64,000 nucleotides of DNA, taken from contig NZ_WHPF01000010.1 in NCBI RefSeq assembly GCF_013106755.1, positions 162,335 through 226,334 of the forward strand, read 5' to 3'. The notes beneath the pieces are model-generated. The model saw only the letters and a program-made list of their open reading frames with translations. It did no database searches and was not told where the DNA came from. The stretch's first letter is position 1; each line of letters starts with the position of its first letter. A program made the translations under genes and the position numbers. This DNA comes from Limnovirga soli. Its GTDB lineage: Bacteria > Bacteroidota > Bacteroidia > Chitinophagales > Chitinophagaceae. Shown here piece after piece: positions 9,722 to 18,515 of this stretch.

Positions 9722-10037
9722 TAAACAAACTGCCCGATATCTAAAAACTTGAGTTTACATATTTGTTTAATCTATAACATTTTTGTCCACAACATTGCTC
9801 CACATAAAATCAACCAGCTTTAAAAACTTTTGAATTGGATTATACCAGATGCGCAAGGAATAATGGGTTTCAAGGCCTATAAATGGTTATTGTATTATTG
9901 AAAACTGCCTTAATTTTTTATAATCTGCAATAGAATTGATTAATATTTTTTTTATAACAAGCGCATTTGAAAATGACCGTATTAAAAAAAGATTATTTTT
10001 AAAAGGATTACCTGTTTGCTATATAACACACATCCCA

Positions 10038-10057
10038 AAATGCAATAATTTGCATTT
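10038..10057. promoter_or_regulatory. Palindrome AAATGCAA-TAAT-TTGCATTT about 60 bp upstream of the esterase gene at 10119
   Basis: Direct read: 8-bp perfect arms. Confidence 0.35.
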
Positions 10058-10118
10058 AAATATTTGTTTATAACAACCCAAATTCCTTTTATCCATTCAA
10101 AAAACTCAATTAACTATT

Positions 10119-11120
10119 ATGAAATTTTACACAATGCTGGCTTTGCCTTTTTTATACGTGTTAGCATCTTTGATAACGCCAGAACAAACCAATAATACAT
10201 ATGCCTATACAAATGAAGTGGCCGTTTCTGAATTAAGGGATATAAAAGGAAGGGTATTTGCAACAGGCCTGGTTGATTACAGAGGTTACCCGGTTGATAC
10301 TTTAAGATTTGATGCTTATTACCCAACTGGTGCAAGTTCTGACAAAAAATATCCTGTTTTGTTGTTTTGCCATGCAGGAGGATTTACAGGCGGTAACAGG
10401 TTTAATGTTTCTGCTATTTGCGACAGATTTGCTGATCAGGGTTTTATTGCTGTAGGTTTTGATTATCGTGTAGGTTACCGAAAAGGTAATATTCATAACT
10501 GTGAGGCTGATACTACCACACAAAACGAGGCTATTTACCGTGCCAGCCAGGATGCAAACTCTTGCATGCGTTATTTGGTTGCACATGCAGATGAATTAAA
10601 TATAGACACCAGTAAAATATTTATAGGAGGCTCTAGTGCGGGTGCCGTATTAGCGTTAACAAATGCATACCTGAATGATTCTATTGCACAAATCAGGTTT
10701 CCTGATGTGTATACCAAACTGGGAGGAGTGCAAAGTACCGGAAACAATTTAGTTGCTTCCTGGGGATACAAAGGCATTATATCTATGTGGGGTGGCTTAT
10801 TTAGCGATAAAGTAATTGACACCAATTATCGTGCATATCCGACCATCTTTTTCAGAGGATCCAGCGATGATGGTATACCAGACAGTATGGGCCATTATGC
10901 ACAATGCCCCAATTTTGGCATTATTTATGGCGCCACAGGTTTGTATGAAAGATGCCGGACCCAAAATACCCCATCGGTTTATTATTTGTTAGATGGGGCC
11001 TCACATCCTGCTTATGATGACATTTTCTGTGTTGAGCAATCAAGTTGTTTTCTTAAAGCAGTATTAGATAAAAGAGGATACACCGGGCAGTTTAGTGGTT
11101 ACGTATCTTCCTGTCAATAA
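10119..11120 (+). CDS. Secreted alpha/beta-hydrolase (carboxylesterase/lipase family with HGGG motif)
   Basis: Signal peptide. Oxyanion motif LLFCHAGGFTGG. Nucleophile elbow GGSSAGA (GxSxG). Confidence 0.8.
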   Translation: MKFYTMLALPFLYVLASLITPEQTNNTYAYTNEVAVSELRDIKGRVFATGLVDYRGYPVDTLRFDAYYPTGASSDKKYPVLLFCHAGGFTGGNRFNVSAICDRFADQGFIAVGFDYRVGYRKGNIHNCEADTTTQNEAIYRASQDANSCMRYLVAHADELNIDTSKIFIGGSSAGAVLALTNAYLNDSIAQIRFPDVYTKLGGVQSTGNNLVASWGYKGIISMWGGLFSDKVIDTNYRAYPTIFFRGSSDDGIPDSMGHYAQCPNFGIIYGATGLYERCRTQNTPSVYYLLDGASHPAYDDIFCVEQSSCFLKAVLDKRGYTGQFSGYVSSCQ

Positions 11121-11184
11121 ATACATATACCTAAATCTTAAAAGTAGTTTTCAAAAATTTTATTAACACCAAGTATTTACAGAT

Positions 11185-12867
11185 ATGAATATCAAATCTT
11201 TACTTCTAATCATAGCATTAACCGCAACATCGGGTATTTTATTTGCGCAAAATGCACCCAGAATTGTTTGGCAAAAAACATTTGGCGGCGCTGGCAACGA
11301 CAGCCTGGTAGCTATTTTACCTACAAACGATGGCGGCTTTATCATGTCGGGCCATTCTAATTCTAATGCTTTTGGAGACAAAACACAGAATTCGTATAAC
11401 AATACCCTTGACTATTGGGTAATTAAAACCAATAGCAAAGGCAAAATACAATGGTCAAGAACCCTTGGTGGGACAGGTATTGATAACGATCCTGTAGTTA
11501 TTCAAACAGGAGATGGTGGATTTTTGGTAGGAGGTACTTCTATTTCAATGCTATCTGGCGATAAAACTGAAGATGCAATTAACGGAAGTAACGATTATTG
11601 GGTGGTTAAACTGGATAAAAATGGTGTAACACAATGGAATAATACTATTGGCAGTATACAAAGGGAATCATTAAATGCACTTGCACAAGCATCTGATGGC
11701 ACTTATAGAATTGCCGGCAATTCCTGGTCAAATTTCCCCGGAGATGATAAACGCGACGCTAACCGTGGATCAAGTCTTTGGCCTGATTACTGGGTAGTTA
11801 AACTGGATAAAAAAGGTAAAGTTGTTTGGGACCATTGCTATGGTGGTGGTAACGAGGATTATCTTACCTGCTTAAAACCAACAAAAGACAGTGGATATAT
11901 CATGGGCGGCTATTCTTATTCGCCTGCAGAATATGAAAAAACAGACAGTTTTATTGGCAGCAATGATTACTGGATTGTGAAAATGGATAAAGACGGAAAT
12001 AAAACTTTTGACAAGACACTTGGTGGAGATTTATCAGATTACCAAACCGATGTACAGGAAACCTTTGACGGTGGTTATATACTTGGAGGCTATTCCAACT
12101 CAAATGCTACATTTAATAAAACCGGCATTTTTAAAGGATGGATGGACTACTGGATTGTAAAAACTGCTGCTGATGGTAGTGTTCAATGGGATAAAACCAT
12201 GGGTGGAACTTTGGGAGATTATTTAAGCACAGTTCAACAAACAAAGGATTCCAGTTATATTATTGGTGGTACTTCCAGTTCACCAACCAGTGCTACTAAA
12301 AATAGCCCTAACAAAGGTCTTGAAGATTACTGGATAGTTAAACTAAATAAGAATGGCCAAAAGTTATGGGATACTACTTATGGTGGTTCAGGCTCAGACA
12401 GGTTAGGCGCCATTAAAGAAATTAGCACAGGCGAGTATATTGCTGGTGGCACTTCTAATACCAGCAGAAATGGTGATAAAACAACTGGTACTGTTGGCAA
12501 CACTGGCCTTAACGATTTCTGGATTATACGCCTTAGCGAAACACCATTGCTTAAACCAGCTGCAAAATCTACCGAAAATATTCAACAGATTACCAGCAAT
12601 GCTACACCAATTGAAATGTCAAAGCTTAGTATGCAAGCTAACCCCAACCCTACCAAAGGCCCGGTAAATATTAGCTATAGCAGTACAGAAAAATCGAACA
12701 TATCCTTTATGGTATACGATGCAAAAGGTGCTTTGGTAATCACTAAAACATTGGCTGCAGGCAAAGGCAATTTCACTATTGATATCAGCAACCAGCAAAC
12801 AGGTATTTACTATGTGGTTATGAACGCCAAAAACAATAGCGTAACCAGAAAAATTATAAAAGAATAA
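11185..12867 (+). CDS. Secreted repeat protein (about 8 repeats of about 60 aa with a DYWVVK signature, beta-propeller-like) with a T9SS C-terminal sorting domain
   Basis: Signal peptide. Repeats of the form GGxGxDxxxxIxxTxDGGYIxxGxSxSxxxGDKTxxxxGxxDYWVVKLDKxG. The C-terminal tail TGIYYVVMNAKNNSVTRKIIKE is typical of Por_Secre_tail. Confidence 0.7.
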   Translation: MNIKSLLLIIALTATSGILFAQNAPRIVWQKTFGGAGNDSLVAILPTNDGGFIMSGHSNSNAFGDKTQNSYNNTLDYWVIKTNSKGKIQWSRTLGGTGIDNDPVVIQTGDGGFLVGGTSISMLSGDKTEDAINGSNDYWVVKLDKNGVTQWNNTIGSIQRESLNALAQASDGTYRIAGNSWSNFPGDDKRDANRGSSLWPDYWVVKLDKKGKVVWDHCYGGGNEDYLTCLKPTKDSGYIMGGYSYSPAEYEKTDSFIGSNDYWIVKMDKDGNKTFDKTLGGDLSDYQTDVQETFDGGYILGGYSNSNATFNKTGIFKGWMDYWIVKTAADGSVQWDKTMGGTLGDYLSTVQQTKDSSYIIGGTSSSPTSATKNSPNKGLEDYWIVKLNKNGQKLWDTTYGGSGSDRLGAIKEISTGEYIAGGTSNTSRNGDKTTGTVGNTGLNDFWIIRLSETPLLKPAAKSTENIQQITSNATPIEMSKLSMQANPNPTKGPVNISYSSTEKSNISFMVYDAKGALVITKTLAAGKGNFTIDISNQQTGIYYVVMNAKNNSVTRKIIKE

Positions 12868-12883
12868 TAAATTAGCTCAATAA

Positions 12884-12916
12884 AAAAAGGCATTCATAAT
12901 TGAATGCCTTTTTTTA
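12884..12916. terminator. Bidirectional rho-independent terminator between the convergent genes at 11185-12867 and 12931-13311
   Basis: A-run, stem AAAGGCATTCA / TGAATGCCTTT with loop TAAT, then a T-run. Confidence 0.7.
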
Positions 12917-12930
12917 TGTCTGTACTCTAA

Positions 12931-13311
12931 TTAAACTGCTTTTTCTCTTTTTATCGCCACCCAATAATTTATTACCAGAACGCCTATCAAAATTAGTAGC
13001 CCAAAAAATTCTCTCGATTCCTCAATCCAGGGCTTTTCTGCTTTCATTGTTTCGGCAAGATTTTCCGCGTCATGCAGGTTAAGCCAATCCAATAAACCAT
13101 TGGCGTCAAATACTTTGTACACCGCATACATGGCATACACAACAATACCCGCAATATAGGCTTTAGGATAATACCGTTGTTTTATGGCAAACCAACATAA
13201 AACAGCTGTATACACATAAATAGGCACCCAAATATAAGGGTCCGGGTCGTTATATTGTAAAGCCGCAAACACAATAAAAAGAAAACAAAAAATCCCATTA
13301 AATACTTTCAT
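12931..13311 (-). CDS. Small integral membrane protein, hypothetical
   Basis: 126 aa with 3-4 predicted TM helices. No recognisable catalytic motif. Confidence 0.5.
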   Translation of the reverse strand: MKVFNGIFCFLFIVFAALQYNDPDPYIWVPIYVYTAVLCWFAIKQRYYPKAYIAGIVVYAMYAVYKVFDANGLLDWLNLHDAENLAETMKAEKPWIEESREFFGLLILIGVLVINYWVAIKREKAV

Positions 13312-13494
13312 TAAAGCAATTTAAAGCAGTTAAAAAATATACCTCACTACAAAAACTGCAAAGCCCATTGAATGCAGTTTACCCTTTCAATAATTAAATA
13401 TAAAATTTAGCTTTCATAAAAACTGCCAGAAGGTTATTTTTTTAAACAACAATAAAAATTGTTGCCCAACCATGGGTAATTCTGTTCAACAACT

Positions 13495-13514
13495 GTTGTG
13501 TCACTCACTTGTAC
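13495..13514 (+). repeat. Family-1 variant core only (GTTGTGTCACTCACTTGTAC)
   Basis: Direct read. Confidence 0.7.
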
Positions 13515-13602
13515 TTCAGGATACTTTATGCAGCCATATCCATTTCGCATTGGTATTAGTTTATGCAACAGCATAAATACAACGAATCTCTTCTTAAAGG
13601 TT

Positions 13603-14034
13603 TTAACTTATGCCAAACATAGATAAGATAAACAAACCAATGATTAACGAAAAAAACGGCACTAATACCTTTTTATTTGCTGTATCCTGTTCTGTCGCTG
13701 GTAGCTGGTTAAAGGCGGCCACAGTAGTTTCAAAGTTTTTTTGGCTGCCTACCGTATTTGAAACTGCAAAATAAATTAAGGCAAATAAAGGAATGGCAAG
13801 CAATTTACCTACCGTTTTACCAGATAAAAATCCAAATACATCAGTAAGATTTTCCGAGAGTAACCTGTTAAACCCGGGAAGTGTGACTATACAAAAAAGC
13901 AAAAAATCCAGTAGTATCAAAAAAATAATGGCGCTTAATAAAATATTGCCATTCAACCTTCCTTTATTTCCATCTTTTCCATTGGCGGCAATTTCTTTGT
14001 ATTGGCTGCCGTAAATAGCTTGCAGATATGTCAT
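13603..14034 (-). CDS. Integral membrane protein, hypothetical
   Basis: 143 aa with multiple hydrophobic helices. Confidence 0.5.
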   Translation of the reverse strand: MTYLQAIYGSQYKEIAANGKDGNKGRLNGNILLSAIIFLILLDFLLFCIVTLPGFNRLLSENLTDVFGFLSGKTVGKLLAIPLFALIYFAVSNTVGSQKNFETTVAAFNQLPATEQDTANKKVLVPFFSLIIGLFILSMFGIS

Positions 14035-14151
14035 TTTTTTGCTTTAAAAGTCTGTGTATTTAGAGGACTTGACTATACCCATCACCGCGTATTTTTTGAA
14101 AAGCATAATAAAAAATATGGCTTAAATTGATAATAATGCGACTGCTGTTTT

Positions 14152-14202
14152 GCCGCCATAAAAGAGGAACCCTGAACCGAGCGTGGCAAGCGGTGATGCC
14201 AT
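14152..14202 (+). repeat. Family-2 element (GCCGCCATAAAAGAGGAACCCTGAACCGAGCGTGGCAAGCGGTGATGCCA)
   Basis: Direct read. Confidence 0.8.
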
Positions 14203-14254
14203 GGTTAACCAAAGCTGGTTTCAAAAAAAATAATAAGAATGTTTTTGTGCTTTA

Positions 14255-15358
14255 TTATATAGAAGGTAAGAGTTGCGTTAAAGGAGTTTCTTCCGCAATG
14301 GTGCGGGTGGGAGTATTGTTTTGGTAGCTCCATTTTACCAATCTGATATAACCATTGGCAATTTCAATTCCCGTGATGGTACCACCCTGAAAGCAACAGC
14401 AACCTGTGTTGAAATAGGAAGGATTTAGATTTTTGTAGGATTCGTTTACAAATTTATATTGCTGTCTGCGGGTGGCAATTTCGGTTTCAATAGAGGCAAT
14501 TTCAGCAGTGTTATTTTGATCTTTTGCCATTTCGAGTTGTAATAACAATCTTTCTAAATGGGTAAGCGATTCAAATACCGGCTGGTGCGTATGACCCGTA
14601 ATTAATAAGGCATTTGGTTGTTTGCTGGCCCATTGATACATGATTTGGTTATGCAGGCTTTTAAGCTCCTCGTTAGCAGAAACTGAATTGGTGTTTATTT
14701 GCAAAAAAGATTGCAAGGGGCCCCAGATATAACTTACAAACCATTTGCTAAATGCATTGCCATCGCTTTGGGCATCGCCCTGGTGGCCGTGGGTACACAA
14801 TATGTCTAAGTTTTTATCAGCAAGTGGAATACGTAAAACAGCAGCTTCGTAAATGGGTACTGGTTGTCCAAATAAATCTTTTAGTATGCCAGGAGCCAGC
14901 AGCGGATCGTTTTTCCAGAATAAATCATGATTGCCAATAATTTTACAGTAAGCATTTCTTTCCAGAAAAAGTTGCTCTGCCTTAAAGGTGGCTGGATAAT
15001 TTTTTATAACGGTATTCACCGTATTCTCCCATAATTCTTCGCTATCGCCCAGGTTGATGAAGTAAAAATTGTTGGCGTTATAATGTTCCAATGCAGCCAT
15101 ATAATTGGCTTCGGCGGCTGCAAAATCATCTGAGCCATCCCTGGCACCCTTGTGCTGATCGGAGAAAATAATTACCGGTGTTTGGCCAATATCGTGTAAT
15201 AGGAGGATATCTTTTTGCTTTTCTATGGGCTGCAAAGATTGATTATACAATTTTGTTAATGCGGCAAATACATTTTCCTGTTTGGGAGCAGAGGAATAGC
15301 GATGTGCCAAATAAGTAACAGGACGAGTAAGTATTTTTCGGAACAACTGCTTAAACAT
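14255..15358 (-). CDS. Calcineurin-like metallophosphoesterase
   Basis: GNHD motif in KIIGNHDLFW and GHTHQ motif in ITGHTHQPV. The ATG at 15358 (MFKQLFRK) is preferred over the track start at 15409. Confidence 0.8.
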   Translation of the reverse strand: MFKQLFRKILTRPVTYLAHRYSSAPKQENVFAALTKLYNQSLQPIEKQKDILLLHDIGQTPVIIFSDQHKGARDGSDDFAAAEANYMAALEHYNANNFYFINLGDSEELWENTVNTVIKNYPATFKAEQLFLERNAYCKIIGNHDLFWKNDPLLAPGILKDLFGQPVPIYEAAVLRIPLADKNLDILCTHGHQGDAQSDGNAFSKWFVSYIWGPLQSFLQINTNSVSANEELKSLHNQIMYQWASKQPNALLITGHTHQPVFESLTHLERLLLQLEMAKDQNNTAEIASIETEIATRRQQYKFVNESYKNLNPSYFNTGCCCFQGGTITGIEIANGYIRLVKWSYQNNTPTRTIAEETPLTQLLPSI

Positions 15359-15462
15359 ATTTAAATGTAAAGAATAGCGACAAATAAGTTGCCGATTTGC
15401 CAATTGCATCCAAAAATTAGTTGATTAGCTGAACTTTTTACTTTTTAAACCATTAGTTATAT

Positions 15463-16101
15463 ATGCAACATATTACTTTAAGCAATATCAGGAATTGGGA
15501 GCGGTTTTACAGGGCTAATTGTATTAATTGCCTTACTGGTTTTAAATCTGTTAGTTTAATAGGCAGTGTAAATGTAGCCGGCCAACCCAATCTTGCCATG
15601 TTTAGCAGTATTGTTCATTTGGGTTCTGACCCCGCATTGGTGGGGTATATCAACAGGCCAAGGGCCGCAGCACCGGATACACTACACAATATTGAAGCTA
15701 CTGGTGTATATACCATTAACCATATTCAGGCAAATTTTATTGAGGCAGCGCACCAAACCAGCGCCAAATATCCCTCATCAGTAAATGAATTTGAAGTAGT
15801 TGGTTTGGAACCGGAATTCAGGGATGGTATTATTGCCCCTTTTGTGCGGGTGAGTGAGGTAAAATATGCTTTGAAACTGGTAGAGATTGTACCAATTAGC
15901 CATAACAATACATTTCTGGTAATTGGCGCTGTAACAGATGTTTTTATACGTCCGGATATTTTACAGCCAGATGGCTTTTTGGCGATTGAAAAAGCAGGCT
16001 CGCTTACCAGTTTGGGGGCAGATGGATATTATACTACACAGCCATTGGCAAGGTACCAATATGCTAAACCCGACACACCTGTAAAGCGGATAGAACAATA
16101 A
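15463..16101 (+). CDS. Flavin reductase-like (FMN-binding split-barrel) family protein
   Basis: Pattern FKSVSLIGSVNVAGQPNLAMFSSIVHLGSDPALVG is typical of the flavin reductase-like domain. Confidence 0.65.
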   Translation: MQHITLSNIRNWERFYRANCINCLTGFKSVSLIGSVNVAGQPNLAMFSSIVHLGSDPALVGYINRPRAAAPDTLHNIEATGVYTINHIQANFIEAAHQTSAKYPSSVNEFEVVGLEPEFRDGIIAPFVRVSEVKYALKLVEIVPISHNNTFLVIGAVTDVFIRPDILQPDGFLAIEKAGSLTSLGADGYYTTQPLARYQYAKPDTPVKRIEQ

Positions 16102-16974
16102 TTAAAAAGTACTTACCTGCCAGCTACGTTGAAATATTTGAGAGGCAGCCAATACATTGATACCTTCTTTTTCGGATAGTTCGCCGGTGGTGTTTTCACT
16201 ATCGGCTATACCACACCAGGGTTCTATACAAACAAAATCGGCGTCTTTAGCATTCCAAATACCCATAAATGGAAATTGCTGAAAATTTACTGCAATGCCA
16301 TGTTGGGTTGCATTGCTTAGAATGGAAATGCTTTCAGATTGCAGGTGCTTAAATACCAGGGCATCTTCATAAAACAAGGCTTTGGTTAAAGCAATGCGAT
16401 TACTATTGTTAAAATAATTGTTAGGTGTTGTTTTAATTAAACCATCAGCAGTAAGTGGCCAGCGGCCACCGTTTTCTGTATGGCTAAATTGCAGATAATA
16501 ATCCTCAAAACGGGTATTTGGGCTTAGCGGCACTTTAAATGCCGGATGGGCTCCTACTGAAAAATACATTTCTTCTGTACCCGTATTTTCTACGGTATAC
16601 TGTACCTGCAAACTATTTTCTATTAGCGTATACTGCAGAGAAAAAATAAATGTAAACGGGTATTTTGCCAGCGTTACTGCGTTACTTTCTAAGGTAAAAG
16701 TGATGCTGTCATCTGTTTGGGCAGTTACGGTAAAATCCATTTCACGGGCAAAGCCGTGACGGCCCAAGGTATACGTGTTGCCTTTGTATTGATAAGCATT
16801 GTTTTTTAGCCCGCCTACCACCGGGAATAGTACCGGGCTTTTTTTACCCCAAAAAGCAGCATCGCCACTCCACATATATTCCAGTCCGGTGGTTTTATTA
16901 AACAGGCTTTGCAGTTCTGCACCTTTGGTATGTATTGATGCCCTTAATTGTGCATTTTGTATAGTGTAAATCAT
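16102..16974 (-). CDS. Aldose 1-epimerase family protein (galactose-mutarotase-like)
   Basis: MIYTIQNAQLRASIHTKGAELQSLF...VLFPVVGGLKNNAYQYKGNTYTLGRHGFAR. The ATG at 16974 is preferred; the track's extension to 17055 runs through a repeat element. Confidence 0.75.
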   Translation of the reverse strand: MIYTIQNAQLRASIHTKGAELQSLFNKTTGLEYMWSGDAAFWGKKSPVLFPVVGGLKNNAYQYKGNTYTLGRHGFAREMDFTVTAQTDDSITFTLESNAVTLAKYPFTFIFSLQYTLIENSLQVQYTVENTGTEEMYFSVGAHPAFKVPLSPNTRFEDYYLQFSHTENGGRWPLTADGLIKTTPNNYFNNSNRIALTKALFYEDALVFKHLQSESISILSNATQHGIAVNFQQFPFMGIWNAKDADFVCIEPWCGIADSENTTGELSEKEGINVLAASQIFQRSWQVSTF

Positions 16975-17024
16975 TGGGGTATGGATATTTTGTTGATGTG
17001 TATTTGCTGCATAACATTGTTGCC

Positions 17025-17083
17025 GTACAAGAGTGCGACGCAAGGATGCTGCCAAAGTGTACCATTGCCGGGCTACAAAAATT
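17025..17083 (-). repeat. Family-1 element (core GTACAAGAGTGCGACGCAAG 17025-17044, box GCCGGGC 17077-17083) abutting the pdxA stop codon
   Basis: Direct read. Confidence 0.85.
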
Positions 17084-18182
17084 AACCCGAAGTATCTTCT
17101 TTTATTACTTCATCCTGTGCATTGGCTACAATCATGGCGCTCATTTTACGCAACGGATTTTTATGCATATCAGCATAGCGGGACCTAGCATTTACAATGT
17201 CTAATGCCGTGTACATGGCTTCGAGGAAGGATAGATGATCTGCAATACCCTTGCCCGCAATATCGAATGCGGTACCATGATCGGGACTGGTTCTTACCAC
17301 CGGCAGGCCGGCTGTAAAATTTACACCCTCGCCATGCGCCAGCGATTTGAAGGGAATTAAACCCTGGTCGTGATACATGGCCAATACCGCGTCGAACTTT
17401 TCATGTTGGCCGCGGGCAAAAAAAGCATCGGCACTATAGGGGCCAAATGCCAGTATATTTTGGTGGCGGGCCTCTTTTAAAGCGGGTTTTAAAATGGTTT
17501 CTTCTTCGTTACCAATAAGTCCTTCATCACCAGCATGGGGGTTTAAACCCAGCACGGCAATTTTGGGTTTATCAATACCAAAATCTTTTTGCAAACTGGC
17601 ATGCAGTATTTTAAGTTTACCCATCACATTGGCTTTGGTAATATTTTGGGCAATTCCGCTAACAGGTACATGTTCAGTAACAAGTGCCACCCGCATATTG
17701 CTGGCTACCATTAGCATTACCACATCGTTTACTTCAAAAAATGCTTTTAAATATGGCGTGTGGCCGCTATAATTAAATGCCTCGCTTTGTATATTTTTTT
17801 TATGAATGGGCGCTGTTACCAATGCCTGTATATGACCGGCTTTTAAGGCTTTGGTGGCCTGCTCTAAAGAGGATAATGCATATTTGCCACCTAACTCTGT
17901 TAACTGGCCTGGGGTTATTTGCACTTCTTCTTCCCAGCAATTGTATACGTTTACCTGTTTGGGGTTAAGGCGGCTAAAATCTTTTATGCTTTGATAGGCA
18001 AAGTTAATATCGGGTAATACCTTACGATAGAAATTAATGCTTTTGTTGCTGGCAAAAACTACGGGGATGCAAACATCGGTAATTCGACTGTCGGATAAAC
18101 TTTTTATGATTAGTTCAATACCTATTCCGTTAATATCGCCACAACTAAAACCAACTACAGGCTTGTGCATTTCAACATTCAT
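17082..18182 (-). CDS. pdxA: 4-hydroxythreonine-4-phosphate dehydrogenase
   Basis: PVVGFSCGDINGIGIELIIKSL near the N-terminus; HGTAFDIAGKGIADHLSFLEAM near the C-terminus. Confidence 0.9.
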   Translation of the reverse strand: MNVEMHKPVVGFSCGDINGIGIELIIKSLSDSRITDVCIPVVFASNKSINFYRKVLPDINFAYQSIKDFSRLNPKQVNVYNCWEEEVQITPGQLTELGGKYALSSLEQATKALKAGHIQALVTAPIHKKNIQSEAFNYSGHTPYLKAFFEVNDVVMLMVASNMRVALVTEHVPVSGIAQNITKANVMGKLKILHASLQKDFGIDKPKIAVLGLNPHAGDEGLIGNEEETILKPALKEARHQNILAFGPYSADAFFARGQHEKFDAVLAMYHDQGLIPFKSLAHGEGVNFTAGLPVVRTSPDHGTAFDIAGKGIADHLSFLEAMYTALDIVNARSRYADMHKNPLRKMSAMIVANAQDEVIKEDTSG

Positions 18183-18314
18183 TCCGTTAGATTTATTGGT
18201 AAAAATACGGATTATAGTGAAGTATGCACCAGTAAATGCAAGTTATAGGGCTAAATGCGGGTAGCAACTAGTTTTAGTAAATATTTGTATTAACCCGGCA
18301 GTGGATATTTTATG

Positions 18315-18495
18315 GCATCGCCGCTTGCGTCGCACTCTTGTACTTTTGGTTATAGCATGGGCCAAATGGCCGGCGGCTGATAATTTATTAAATGGTTTTG
18401 CAGTTAATGCTATTGGCTGTTAAATGCCGCACCTAATTACTACAGTAAAAGTGAGCGACGCAAGTAAAGCATCAATTCAATTACATTGCCGGGCC
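18315..18495. repeat. Family-1 full palindromic composite (forward core 18325-18343; degenerate reverse core 18445-18464; GCCGGGC 18488-18494)
   Basis: Direct read. Lies between the pdxA start and the stop of the large GH gene. Confidence 0.8.
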
Positions 18496-18515
18496 CAAAA
18501 AACAAATGGGTTTAT

